Positions 48,385 to 56,988 of a stretch of 64,000 nucleotides of DNA are shown here, piece after piece. The notes under the pieces are model-generated. The model was not told the DNA's origin. It saw only the letters and a list, made by a program, of their open reading frames with translations, and did not search any database. The DNA is taken from the IMG/VR virus record IMGVR_UViG_3300023184_009405. The stretch is one strand, 5' to 3'. Made by a program: the position numbers and the translations under genes. The stretch's first letter is position 1. Each line of letters starts with the position of its first letter. The stretch comes from an uncultured virus (IMG/VR IMGVR_UViG_3300023184_009405). Taxonomy: Duplodnaviria; Heunggongvirae; Uroviricota; Caudoviricetes.

Positions 48385-49665
48385 ATGCCTAAGAATAAAA
48401 TGGTTTGTTGTAATTTTTGTGAAAAAAAAAGCAATCAAGTTAATTCGATGATTGAAGGAAGTCCAAATATTGATAAAATTATTCAAAAATCTTACATATG
48501 CATTGATTGTGTTAAAATGTGTTATGAAATACTTTTTAATGAAGAAAAATCAGTTAAAGAAAAGGTTAAAAAAGGATTGATTAAAAAAGACATGGGATCT
48601 GTTTTTCAAGAAAAGTTATTAATACCAAAGAACATTGTAAAATATTTAGATAAAGTTATTATTGGACAATTTGAATGTAAAAAACAATTAGCTATTGCTA
48701 TATCTAATCATTACAAAAGAATATTTTTCGATAAGCAAGATAAGAAAATCGAAGAATTTAAAGATACTAAAATTGAAAAAAGCAATGTACTTTTAATAGG
48801 TCCAACTGGTAGCGGTAAAACCTTATTGGCAAAAACTTTGGCAGAGATGCTGGATGTTCCATTTGCTATTGCCGATGCAACCTCTTTGACTGAAGCTGGT
48901 TATGTCGGGGAAGATGTGGAAAGTATTATCACAAAATTACTTCGTAATTGTGATTTTGATGTATCTAAAGCACAAAAAGGAATAGTGTTTATAGATGAAA
49001 TAGATAAAATTGCCAAAAAAGGTCAAGGACAAAGTGTTTCTAGAGATGTTAGTGGCGAAGGAGTACAGCAAGGACTTCTTAAAATTATAGAAGGCTCTGT
49101 AATAGCTGTTCCACCACAAGGAGGTCGCAAGCATCCAGAACAGAAGTTTATCTATGTAGATACTACAAATATTTTATTTATTTGCAGTGGTTCATTTGTA
49201 GGAATAGAAAATATTATTAAGAAAAGATATGGAAAAAGTGGAATTGGATTTTCTAATATAAACAAAATAGAAGATATTTTCGATCAATATCACATTAGCC
49301 AAGAAGACTTGATAGAATTTGGATTAATACCAGAGTTTGTTGGGAGATTGCCAATTATTTCTAAGACTGACAAATTAAGTACGGAAAATTTAATAAGAAT
49401 TTTAGAAGAGCCAAGAGATGCTTTGGTAAAACAATACAAGAAAATTTTAAAAATGGACAATGTTGATATTAATTTTTCTTCTGATGCTATTATCTGCATA
49501 GCTGAACTTGTGCATGGATTTGGAACTGGTGCAAGAGGGTTGCGAAGAGTCATGGAAATGATTTTAGATAATTACTTATTTAATATTGATCAATTTAAAA
49601 ATAAAAAAATTAATATATCTAGAGATGAGGTTGAATCAATTTTAACTCATAAAAAGGTCTTATAA
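48385..49665 (+). CDS. clpX: ClpX ATP-dependent unfoldase
   Basis: N-terminal C4 Zn finger, [56 protein letters not shown] loop, GARGLR. Confidence 0.96.
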   Translation: MPKNKMVCCNFCEKKSNQVNSMIEGSPNIDKIIQKSYICIDCVKMCYEILFNEEKSVKEKVKKGLIKKDMGSVFQEKLLIPKNIVKYLDKVIIGQFECKKQLAIAISNHYKRIFFDKQDKKIEEFKDTKIEKSNVLLIGPTGSGKTLLAKTLAEMLDVPFAIADATSLTEAGYVGEDVESIITKLLRNCDFDVSKAQKGIVFIDEIDKIAKKGQGQSVSRDVSGEGVQQGLLKIIEGSVIAVPPQGGRKHPEQKFIYVDTTNILFICSGSFVGIENIIKKRYGKSGIGFSNINKIEDIFDQYHISQEDLIEFGLIPEFVGRLPIISKTDKLSTENLIRILEEPRDALVKQYKKILKMDNVDINFSSDAIICIAELVHGFGTGARGLRRVMEMILDNYLFNIDQFKNKKINISRDEVESILTHKKVL

Positions 49666-49684
49666 ACAAATGGGTAAATAATTA

Positions 49685-50212
49685 ATGATAGAAAATATTA
49701 TTTATGTGGATTATATTAAAGACACTAAGGAATTATCTTCTATAGATTTTAATAAGTTTGAAAATAAGAAATTTTATTTATTTATTGATGATAAAATTAA
49801 TATTAATTTTAAGAATGTAAATTTATTAGTATTGAATAATTATAATAATTTTCCAAAAGAATTATCGTGTTTAATGCAGATTTTAGATATTGTAAACAAA
49901 GATTATTATTATTATTTGAATTTTGAACCAATTAACAATATTGATTTATATGTTAATATTGATTCAATAGATGATGATTTTAAATTTTATGGCAATGAAA
50001 TCAGTGATATTTCTATTTGTTTAGCAAATTACAGAGATCAAGTCATGTTTTCTTCTAAAAACAACTATTTAAAACATGGATTCCCACTCTTAATTAAAGG
50101 GGATAAATTAAAATTTATCTTACAATTCATTAAAATATTCTTAGATCTTAATATTTTTAACTATAATATTGAAGGAATTTTCTCAATACTTAAAAATTTA
50201 AAATATGTATAA
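49685..50212 (+). CDS. Hypothetical protein
   Basis: 175-aa ORF; TAAATA upstream. Confidence 0.55.
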   Translation: MIENIIYVDYIKDTKELSSIDFNKFENKKFYLFIDDKININFKNVNLLVLNNYNNFPKELSCLMQILDIVNKDYYYYLNFEPINNIDLYVNIDSIDDDFKFYGNEISDISICLANYRDQVMFSSKNNYLKHGFPLLIKGDKLKFILQFIKIFLDLNIFNYNIEGIFSILKNLKYV

Positions 50213-50534
50213 TTTTATTTATTTCTTATTATTTTTGGCAATTTTTTCTTCAGCAATAATATTATTTTTTTTAATAAAAAAAGATCAAGAAAAAAAATTA
50301 AAAGAATATTTTTTTAAAAAAAAGACAATGTCTGATGACAGTCTTGAATTAATATCTACCTACGAAATTATAAAAGAACTTAAAAAGAGAGAAAATCCAC
50401 CGCTATTTATAGCTTGGATAGATAAAGATGATTATAATAAAATAAATTATTTTATATTCAAGAAAAACATTGAAAAGAAAATAAGTTTATTAATATTAAA
50501 TAAAATGATAAGAGATATAGAATATTTTAGTTGA
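50205..50534 (+). CDS. Membrane-anchored hypothetical protein
   Basis: N-terminal transmembrane helix. Confidence 0.6.
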   Translation: MYNFIYFLLFLAIFSSAIILFFLIKKDQEKKLKEYFFKKKTMSDDSLELISTYEIIKELKKRENPPLFIAWIDKDDYNKINYFIFKKNIEKKISLLILNKMIRDIEYFS

Positions 50535-50599
50535 CATTATTAAAAAACCATATTATAAATTATACTTAGTGATATTAATTACAAGAGGATTTAATAATA

Positions 50600-51541
50600 A
50601 TGTCTGAAGATTTAATGTTTAACGATGAATTAATTCAAAGTATATTAAGTGATAAATTTAAAGTTTGGGCTGTAGATGAATTTAAATCAAGTAAATTCGA
50701 AAAAATAATATTTGCACAATTACCAGATTCAGATGAGTTTAAGAAAAATAAAAAAGCCATAAAAGAAAGTAGCTTGAAAAATGTAATTCCAGAATTAAAA
50801 CATTTTTATGAATTTCCTCTTTTAAATAAAAATCAAGAATTTCATCTGTTTAGACAAATGAATTTTTTTAAAAATAAATGTAAAAAGTTTGCAAAGAAAT
50901 ATATTAAAAATAATTCTAATTTAAAAAAAGAAGAATTAATTAGTTTATATAAAAAATATTTAGAAGTTAGAGAATTTATTATTAAATGTAATTTAAGATT
51001 ATCTTATCAAATGTTTAAACATCGTAAAGATTTTTATGGACATAATACAAATGATCTATTGAGTGATTGTTTTATTAATATTTTAAAAGCAGTTGATGGT
51101 TTTGATTACACCAGAGGATTTAAATTTTCTACTTATTGTACTTGGTGTCTGCTTAATAATTCTATTCGAGATCAAAATTCTAATAAAAAATTTGAATCTT
51201 TAATTTCAACTAACTTAGAAGAAAATAATTATGATTCAAAACTTGATTTAAAAGATCAAGAAATAATTGATAGATTTGATAAAAATGAAAGCGTTCAACA
51301 TGATTGGAATAAAATAAAAGATATTTTTGCAAGTCAGAATAACGAAAGAAGCTTTTATATTTTGACACAGATATTTGGAATAGGATGTAATAAGAAAACT
51401 CTTAAAGAATTAAGCGAAGAATTAAAATTAACCAAAGAAAGAGTGCGACAAATAAAGGAAAAAACGATTCAGAATTTAAAAGATTTAGTTAAAAATGGAG
51501 ATTTAAAATTAATTTTTGAAAGTGATTATGATAAAGAATAA
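50600..51541 (+). CDS. Sigma70-family RNA polymerase sigma factor
   Basis: PLL...QE.HLFRQMN, NLRL, AVDGFDYTRGFKFSTY (region 2), TLKEL...L.LTKERVRQI (region 4). Confidence 0.92.
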   Translation: MSEDLMFNDELIQSILSDKFKVWAVDEFKSSKFEKIIFAQLPDSDEFKKNKKAIKESSLKNVIPELKHFYEFPLLNKNQEFHLFRQMNFFKNKCKKFAKKYIKNNSNLKKEELISLYKKYLEVREFIIKCNLRLSYQMFKHRKDFYGHNTNDLLSDCFINILKAVDGFDYTRGFKFSTYCTWCLLNNSIRDQNSNKKFESLISTNLEENNYDSKLDLKDQEIIDRFDKNESVQHDWNKIKDIFASQNNERSFYILTQIFGIGCNKKTLKELSEELKLTKERVRQIKEKTIQNLKDLVKNGDLKLIFESDYDKE

Positions 51542-51812
51542 GTATAAATTTTATGTTTTTTCTATAGCTTTTTTTATTTTGCTGCTAATGCTTGCAGCAA
51601 CACCAACTACAGAAAACAGTAATAAATTCATAGCTGGAATGTGTTTGGGATTTATGCTTTCACAAGCAGTTTTTCTTTTATGGACACAAGAAAACAAAGA
51701 AGTAAAAGAAGAAGAAAAAGATAATAATATTAATAAAAATCATCCTTACAACAATGAATATTGGTGGAATTCAGGTAATCCACCAAAGTTTACTGATGGA
51801 GATTCAGATTAA
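51516..51812 (+). CDS. Two-TM membrane protein
   Basis: Two hydrophobic helices; start uncertain. Confidence 0.65.
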   Translation: MKVIMIKNKYKFYVFSIAFFILLLMLAATPTTENSNKFIAGMCLGFMLSQAVFLLWTQENKEVKEEEKDNNINKNHPYNNEYWWNSGNPPKFTDGDSD

Positions 51813-51955
51813 TTTTCAGAACATTTGCAATTTTTGCATTTGCAATTTTCGCAAGTGCAGTTTGCACAATCTTCTTTTTTACAAGATTCACAACCACATT
51901 GACATTCAGTAGATTTTTCTTCAAATTCTAAGAATTTCTTAAAGTTTTCGTACAT
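51809..51955 (-). CDS. Metallothionein-like 48-aa protein (below ORF-track cutoff)
   Basis: MYENFKKFLEFEEKSTECQCGCESCKKEDCANCTCENCKCKNCKCSEN; 11 Cys; AAGGAG RBS. Confidence 0.85.
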   Translation of the reverse strand: MYENFKKFLEFEEKSTECQCGCESCKKEDCANCTCENCKCKNCKCSEN

Positions 51956-52095
51956 GTAACTCCTTATCTGACTAAATAGTTTCTAAATTTATATATGTTT
52001 TTCTTTTAAAATAAAATAATTAGTTGTTTTTTGTTTATAGAATTATATCATAACTTATGATACTTATGATAAGTTTAATTTTTTATGGAGTAAAT

Positions 52096-52971
52096 ATGAA
52101 ATCATTGCGATTTTTATTGTTTGTATTATCATTTATTTTATTAATAAATTCTCAAAAAGCTAAAGCTGGTTGAGGTGACCAGCCAGCACTTGGCCAGTTT
52201 GGTCAAAACAAATTAAATAATCAGCCTAAACCAAATAATCAAAACAGGAATATGCCAAATCAATTTAATTCATCTACAGGAACTATTCATATAAGAAATG
52301 AAAATGTGGTTTTTGTAAGTAAAATTGATGGATCTGAAACACCAGGTAGACTTGATCAAAATGGAAATTTTGTACCATTAAACGCTCCTAAAGGACAAGC
52401 AAACAATTCTAATAATTTTGGATTATCAAATAATGATTTAATGTATACAAAAATACAATACAAACAATTATGTAATTGTGATTGCGAAGATATTATTCTA
52501 GCTTTGGATACAAAAGACCCAAGAATAGTAGCAGCAGCTTGTCTTGCTGCTGGTGAATATGATCTTGATGTCAACGAAAGACTAGTTGATTTATTGGGAG
52601 GAGAAAGTGATTTTGTATCTCAGTCTGCAAGGAAAGCATTAATGATGAAATCTTTTTATATGTTAAATAAAATTAAAAAAGAAAATGGAGAAAAGAATAT
52701 TTTTACTTTAAAGCCTAATCCTGTTAATTTAGAGAAATTTACTAATAGTAATAACTTAGACATAGGAAGAGACTATGTTGACTTTGGGCCTATGCAAAAT
52801 GATGATAATGTCGCCATTAATACTTCTGTTTTTAGATGGCAAGCTTGGATTAAAAAAAATGAAAGTAAGTTGTCTGGCATGAAAAATAAAAAAGAAAAAG
52901 TAAGCTTGGAAAAAGAAGAAAAAGTTACTGAATATAAAAAAGAAGATACAAAAGTTCATTCTGTAAAATAA
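52096..52971 (+). CDS. Secreted HEAT-repeat-like protein with in-frame UGA at codon 26 (candidate selenoprotein, 291 aa)
   Basis: GGAG RBS, then MKSLRFLLFVLSFILLINSQKAKA-G-UGA-GDQPALGQFGQ..., in frame with track ORF 52252; C-terminal L.DLL..E...V..SARKAL...DFGP...W..W. Confidence 0.75.
52182..52203 (+). promoter_or_regulatory. Bacterial SECIS-like hairpin
   Basis: GCCAG[C]ACU-UGGCC-AGUUUGGU; bulge at position 17, G22/G23 in loop (U of UGA = 1). Confidence 0.6.
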
Positions 52972-52989
52972 TCTTCAAGCTAATTCATT

Positions 52990-53027
52990 AAAAAAAGCAA
53001 CAATTATTTAAAATTGTTGCTTTTTTT
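52990..53027. terminator. Intrinsic terminator
   Basis: AAAAAAAGCAACAATT...AATTGTTGCTTTTTTT. Confidence 0.8.
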
Positions 53028-53180
53028 ATTTTAAATTATGTTTTCTAAATTAGCAACCTTATCTAATGTGATATTTTTTAAAAAATATAATAATTTTGTT
53101 GCTTTCTAAATTGTTTTTGCTAACATAAAAATATCAATTGATGCAATGGTTGCATCATGTTTTTGTCAGGAGGATTTGTG

Positions 53181-53465
53181 ATGAAGAATTTTGTGTTTGG
53201 TTTTGCGGTATTGTCTATCTTAGCAATTGCTAATGATAGTTTTGCTGGTTGCCGTGGCTGTGGTCGTTCTGGGCTTGGCATTCGTGCAAATAAAAGCAGT
53301 TGTTCTGCTGCTCCAAAAGCTGCTTGTTCTGCTCCTAAAGCAGCACCTGTTGCTGCTGCACCTGCTGTAACCAAAGCTGCTGAACCTAAAGCTGCTGCAT
53401 CTGCTTGTGCAAATGGTTCTTGTGGAATTGCTAGTGGTCTTCGTGGTAAGCTTCGTCTTCGCTAG
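53181..53465 (+). CDS. Small secreted Ala/Cys-rich protein
   Basis: Signal peptide ...SFA-GCRGC, CS(A)APKAA repeats, CANGSC, Arg-rich tail; AGGAGG RBS. Confidence 0.8.
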   Translation: MKNFVFGFAVLSILAIANDSFAGCRGCGRSGLGIRANKSSCSAAPKAACSAPKAAPVAAAPAVTKAAEPKAAASACANGSCGIASGLRGKLRLR

Positions 53466-53482
53466 GATAATTTTATAAACTT

Positions 53483-53520
53483 AAATCTGTCACAATATTT
53501 AATATTGTGACAGATTTTTT
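53483..53520. terminator. Inverted repeat between convergent genes
   Basis: AAATCTGTCACAATATT-T-AATATTGTGACAGATTT. Confidence 0.75.
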
Positions 53521-53547
53521 ATTAATTATTACTTTTTAAATGTCAAT

Positions 53548-54078
53548 TTAAAGAGAATATATGTAACTATTAATTTTTATAATTTCTTCATTTTTTAAAG
53601 TATTATTTTTACCCATGCCTTTAATTGTAATAGGTAAAAGCAATGGAAATTTTAAGTTGTTATTTTCATAATTATAAGATGTAAACTTATTAGTTTTTAA
53701 AAGTAATTCTCTATAATTAGTATTTTCATCATACTGAAATCCATTATTGTAAAAAGGATATAGATTAAGACTTAGACTTACATCAACTCTAGTTTTGTTT
53801 GATTTTTTATTAATAAAAAATCCTACAATTACAGAAAATAAAGAATGAGAATAAAATTCTATATTTTTACGATATTTAAATAAATTATTGATTTTTGGAC
53901 AAAGATATGTATCTGGAAAAAAAGTAGTGTAAATATAAGCAACTTCAGTTTCTCCTTCAAGAAAAGAATATTCATTTTTTTTCAAAGCATAATAATTTTT
54001 AATACCATCTTTTTTGAATTTAATAATAAATTCATTTGTTTTTATTTCAGGTAGATATTTTTTTTCTATAGGTTTCAT
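53548..54078 (-). CDS. Hypothetical protein
   Basis: 176-aa ORF. Confidence 0.6.
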   Translation of the reverse strand: MKPIEKKYLPEIKTNEFIIKFKKDGIKNYYALKKNEYSFLEGETEVAYIYTTFFPDTYLCPKINNLFKYRKNIEFYSHSLFSVIVGFFINKKSNKTRVDVSLSLNLYPFYNNGFQYDENTNYRELLLKTNKFTSYNYENNNLKFPLLLPITIKGMGKNNTLKNEEIIKINSYIYSL

Positions 54079-54090
54079 ATTTTATTTTTT

Positions 54091-54945
54091 TTATGGATAC
54101 ATTAAACTAAAATCTTCTTTATCTTTATTAGATAATGCAAAATTAATTTTGCTACCAATTTTTTCAATAGTTGCATTTTTATTCCAAGCATAAACCATAA
54201 TTGAATCAGGATCATACTCTCCATGATTAAGATCAGGCATTTTAAATGTTGTTATGTAATTTGATTTTACTGACTCCCAACTATCTAACCCTAGTACATT
54301 TATATTTGCTTTCATCCATTCGATGTCCCAAGTAAAAGGCCTATCTTGTCTTTGATGCTCGTGAATAATCCCAAAGGCATGTCCAAATTCATGCAATATG
54401 GCATGCTGTACATATTTACGGTTAGGATCTATTTGTGGATAATTATCTATGCCCCACAATGAACTTGTATCTCCTATTGAAGGAATTAGCCAAGTTGGAT
54501 CAATATTCATTGAATTTTTGCCGTTTTTTGTTCGTATTTTTGAATCTGTGCCAAGATAAGAAAAGGTTCCTATGAATGGCGTAAAACCAATTAAAATATC
54601 ATATTCTTCAGGATTGTTACTTATTTCTAAATCAATAGAGCCATGATTACACCATTGAATTGCTAAATTAATTATTTGATTTTTAAATTCACTCCTAGAG
54701 TTCAAAGGAATGCAGTAATCTTCAAAATTGAAGCCTACTTTTAATGTTGAATTTGGATTCCATAATGTGTCTGTAAACCCAGCAAGTGTTAAATTTTTTC
54801 TAATGTATTTTTTTAAAAGATCTTTGTTTTGATTTCTTTCTTTTTCAGAAAGTCTTTTAATTTGACACTTTGGTAAATAATGTTTTTTAAAATTTTTATT
54901 TTTTAAATTTAAAAATTTTTTAATTTCATTCATATTCATATTCAT
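54091..54945 (-). CDS. Astacin-like (M12) metzincin metallopeptidase
   Basis: HEFGHAFGIIHEHQR, YDPDSIMVY Met-turn, LS..D. Confidence 0.88.
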   Translation of the reverse strand: MNMNMNEIKKFLNLKNKNFKKHYLPKCQIKRLSEKERNQNKDLLKKYIRKNLTLAGFTDTLWNPNSTLKVGFNFEDYCIPLNSRSEFKNQIINLAIQWCNHGSIDLEISNNPEEYDILIGFTPFIGTFSYLGTDSKIRTKNGKNSMNIDPTWLIPSIGDTSSLWGIDNYPQIDPNRKYVQHAILHEFGHAFGIIHEHQRQDRPFTWDIEWMKANINVLGLDSWESVKSNYITTFKMPDLNHGEYDPDSIMVYAWNKNATIEKIGSKINFALSNKDKEDFSLMYP

Positions 54946-54961
54946 ATTTATTCGATATTGT

Positions 54962-55354
54962 TTATTTTAAAAACTTTAATTTATATAATGTTTGATAAGT
55001 TAACCCTACGATCTCATCTAATATATTATGAAGATGAGTATCTTTTTTATCAAAGCTATTATGTCCTATTTTGAAAATTTCAGCTGCTTCTTCTAAATAA
55101 ACAGTTATTTCATCTGGATTTATATTTGGAATATCAATTTTGTAATCTGTAACTAATCCATATTGTCCTTGATATGTTTCAACCAATGTATCAGTTAAGC
55201 CAGTAATGTCATCATAAAAGCCATTTAAAGCCTTGTGAACGGCATAAGATTTAGTTTTTAAATGAACACTATGTGCAACCTGCCTTGATTCAAATAACTT
55301 TTCAATTAAACCTTTTGTTTCTTTTGAATTTTTATAACTTTCTAATGAAATCAT
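54962..55354 (-). CDS. Ferritin/Dps-like four-helix protein (phage type)
   Basis: H..H..T.SYA.HKAL..FYD....D..VE.YQG.YG...NI.DEI......YKL.FL. Confidence 0.75.
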   Translation of the reverse strand: MISLESYKNSKETKGLIEKLFESRQVAHSVHLKTKSYAVHKALNGFYDDITGLTDTLVETYQGQYGLVTDYKIDIPNINPDEITVYLEEAAEIFKIGHNSFDKKDTHLHNILDEIVGLTYQTLYKLKFLK

Positions 55355-55432
55355 TTTTACCTCTTGTGTTTTGTTTGTCTTTTATATATTATATCAAAAT
55401 GTTTATTCTTTAATAAAAAGGAGTTTTATAAG

Positions 55433-55864
55433 ATGTTGTCATTAATTTTGTCAGTTGTTTTATCACAACAGTATTATGAAAAGGAAATTAATATTCCTTT
55501 TGTTAAAAAAGAAGTTGTTAACAGTGCAAATAATTGCTTTAAAACAGAATGTCTTGATTATTGGGTTAAAAACTGGAAGCCAATTCCTGTATATTTATTA
55601 ATTGGCGATAAAGAAGAAATTGTAGGAACTGCTGTTTGTGCTCATATACAAAATGATTGGATTGTTGCGAAAATAGAATTAAAACAACCAATTCCTAGAA
55701 CTTATGTTTGCAGACCACATAGTAAACCAGTAAAAGTTGAAGTTACAGATGGTTGCTTTTTTAATATATATAGAGCAGAATTAGTTAGACTTTTAATTGT
55801 AAATCCACTTCATTCTTCTAAATATCCTGACGAAAATCAAAATAAAATTTTGATTGGAAATTAA
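55433..55864 (+). CDS. Hypothetical exported protein
   Basis: MLSLILSVVLSQ after AAGGAG. Confidence 0.6.
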   Translation: MLSLILSVVLSQQYYEKEINIPFVKKEVVNSANNCFKTECLDYWVKNWKPIPVYLLIGDKEEIVGTAVCAHIQNDWIVAKIELKQPIPRTYVCRPHSKPVKVEVTDGCFFNIYRAELVRLLIVNPLHSSKYPDENQNKILIGN

Positions 55865-56919
55865 TTAAACAAAGATTCGATTTGATCAATTATTTTTGCT
55901 GAAACATCAGGATCAGCAGTAGTAACAGCAGGAGTGTGGCTAGCAAGAGATTCTGGTACATTAGCAATAGCTTTATCAAATAAAATTCTCATTTTTGGAA
56001 CATTGGTACTATTACCATCATAAATTTTTTCAAAAAGTTTTTTAACATCATTTAAGTGATTGGTTATAAGATCTTTTGTATAAACCATATTTAATTTTGG
56101 GTTGCTTATTAATGCTCTAGTTGTACCATCTGTTAAAGGTAATTTAGTTGGAGTTGGATTTGAAGTTGGATTAATTCCACCAACAATTGTATTTAATAAT
56201 GCATATCCATCTGCTACTTTAGTAGGATCATTAAAATCAGTTATTACCTTGGCGACAGTACTTTTAATTTTTTGAATAAATTCACCATGCTTGCTTGCAT
56301 CAAGAACTTTAAATGTTTTGAGTATATTTTGTCGAGATTGTAGTAAAATTCTGTTCAAATCTGCTTTTTTATCGTTTGGTAATCTTCCTGATGATGAATA
56401 TGCATTTTTAAATGCTGTTTCTAATGTTCCATTAGTTTTTAACTCTGGGAACATTGCATCGAAATCAAATGATTGTTCGTCTTCATAGTTAGAAGCTCCA
56501 GTTATTTGTCCTCCGATTGCTTGCAATGAATTTTTTACTATAGGACTGTATTGATCTATCGCACCTTTAAGTTGACTAACTGCATTTTGCAATGCATTTT
56601 TTTTTGCTCCATCCAATGATACTTTGTTTTTCGTGAATATATTATTATTGCCAGGACCTAAATCAGCGTCTACAGCTTTTAAGTAATCCATTGCTTTTTG
56701 TAAATTATCTTGAACAACTCTAATTGATTTTCGGTATCTGCCAGCCCCTGTGCCTATTTTTTCTCCAGCCCAATCAGTCCAACTATCGGCTTCATTTAAT
56801 TTACCAAATTTAATTTTAGCTGTAAGTGCATTTATTTTTTGTGTAGATATATTGTTTTCAATGCAATAGTTTGTAATTTTTTCAATTATTAATTTGTTTT
56901 CAAAATTTTTGAATTCCAT
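55861..56919 (-). CDS. Hypothetical protein with FKNFE...IE N-terminus (possible head-packaged protein)
   Basis: ATG after AGAGGA; TAAATA upstream. Confidence 0.7.
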   Translation of the reverse strand: MEFKNFENKLIIEKITNYCIENNISTQKINALTAKIKFGKLNEADSWTDWAGEKIGTGAGRYRKSIRVVQDNLQKAMDYLKAVDADLGPGNNNIFTKNKVSLDGAKKNALQNAVSQLKGAIDQYSPIVKNSLQAIGGQITGASNYEDEQSFDFDAMFPELKTNGTLETAFKNAYSSSGRLPNDKKADLNRILLQSRQNILKTFKVLDASKHGEFIQKIKSTVAKVITDFNDPTKVADGYALLNTIVGGINPTSNPTPTKLPLTDGTTRALISNPKLNMVYTKDLITNHLNDVKKLFEKIYDGNSTNVPKMRILFDKAIANVPESLASHTPAVTTADPDVSAKIIDQIESLFN

Positions 56920-56988
56920 GTTTCCTCTTTGCATACAGTGTGATATATTTATTTAGTGTTCTAAAATTAATTTTTAAAAGGTTTTACC

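Noticed and set aside
44626..53180. tRNA (including tRNA-Sec) or structured ncRNA in the larger intergenic gaps
   Set aside because: No cloverleaf or T-loop signature recognised by eye; the gaps are explained by small ORFs, promoters and terminators. A tRNAscan-SE/Infernal run is still needed to be sure.
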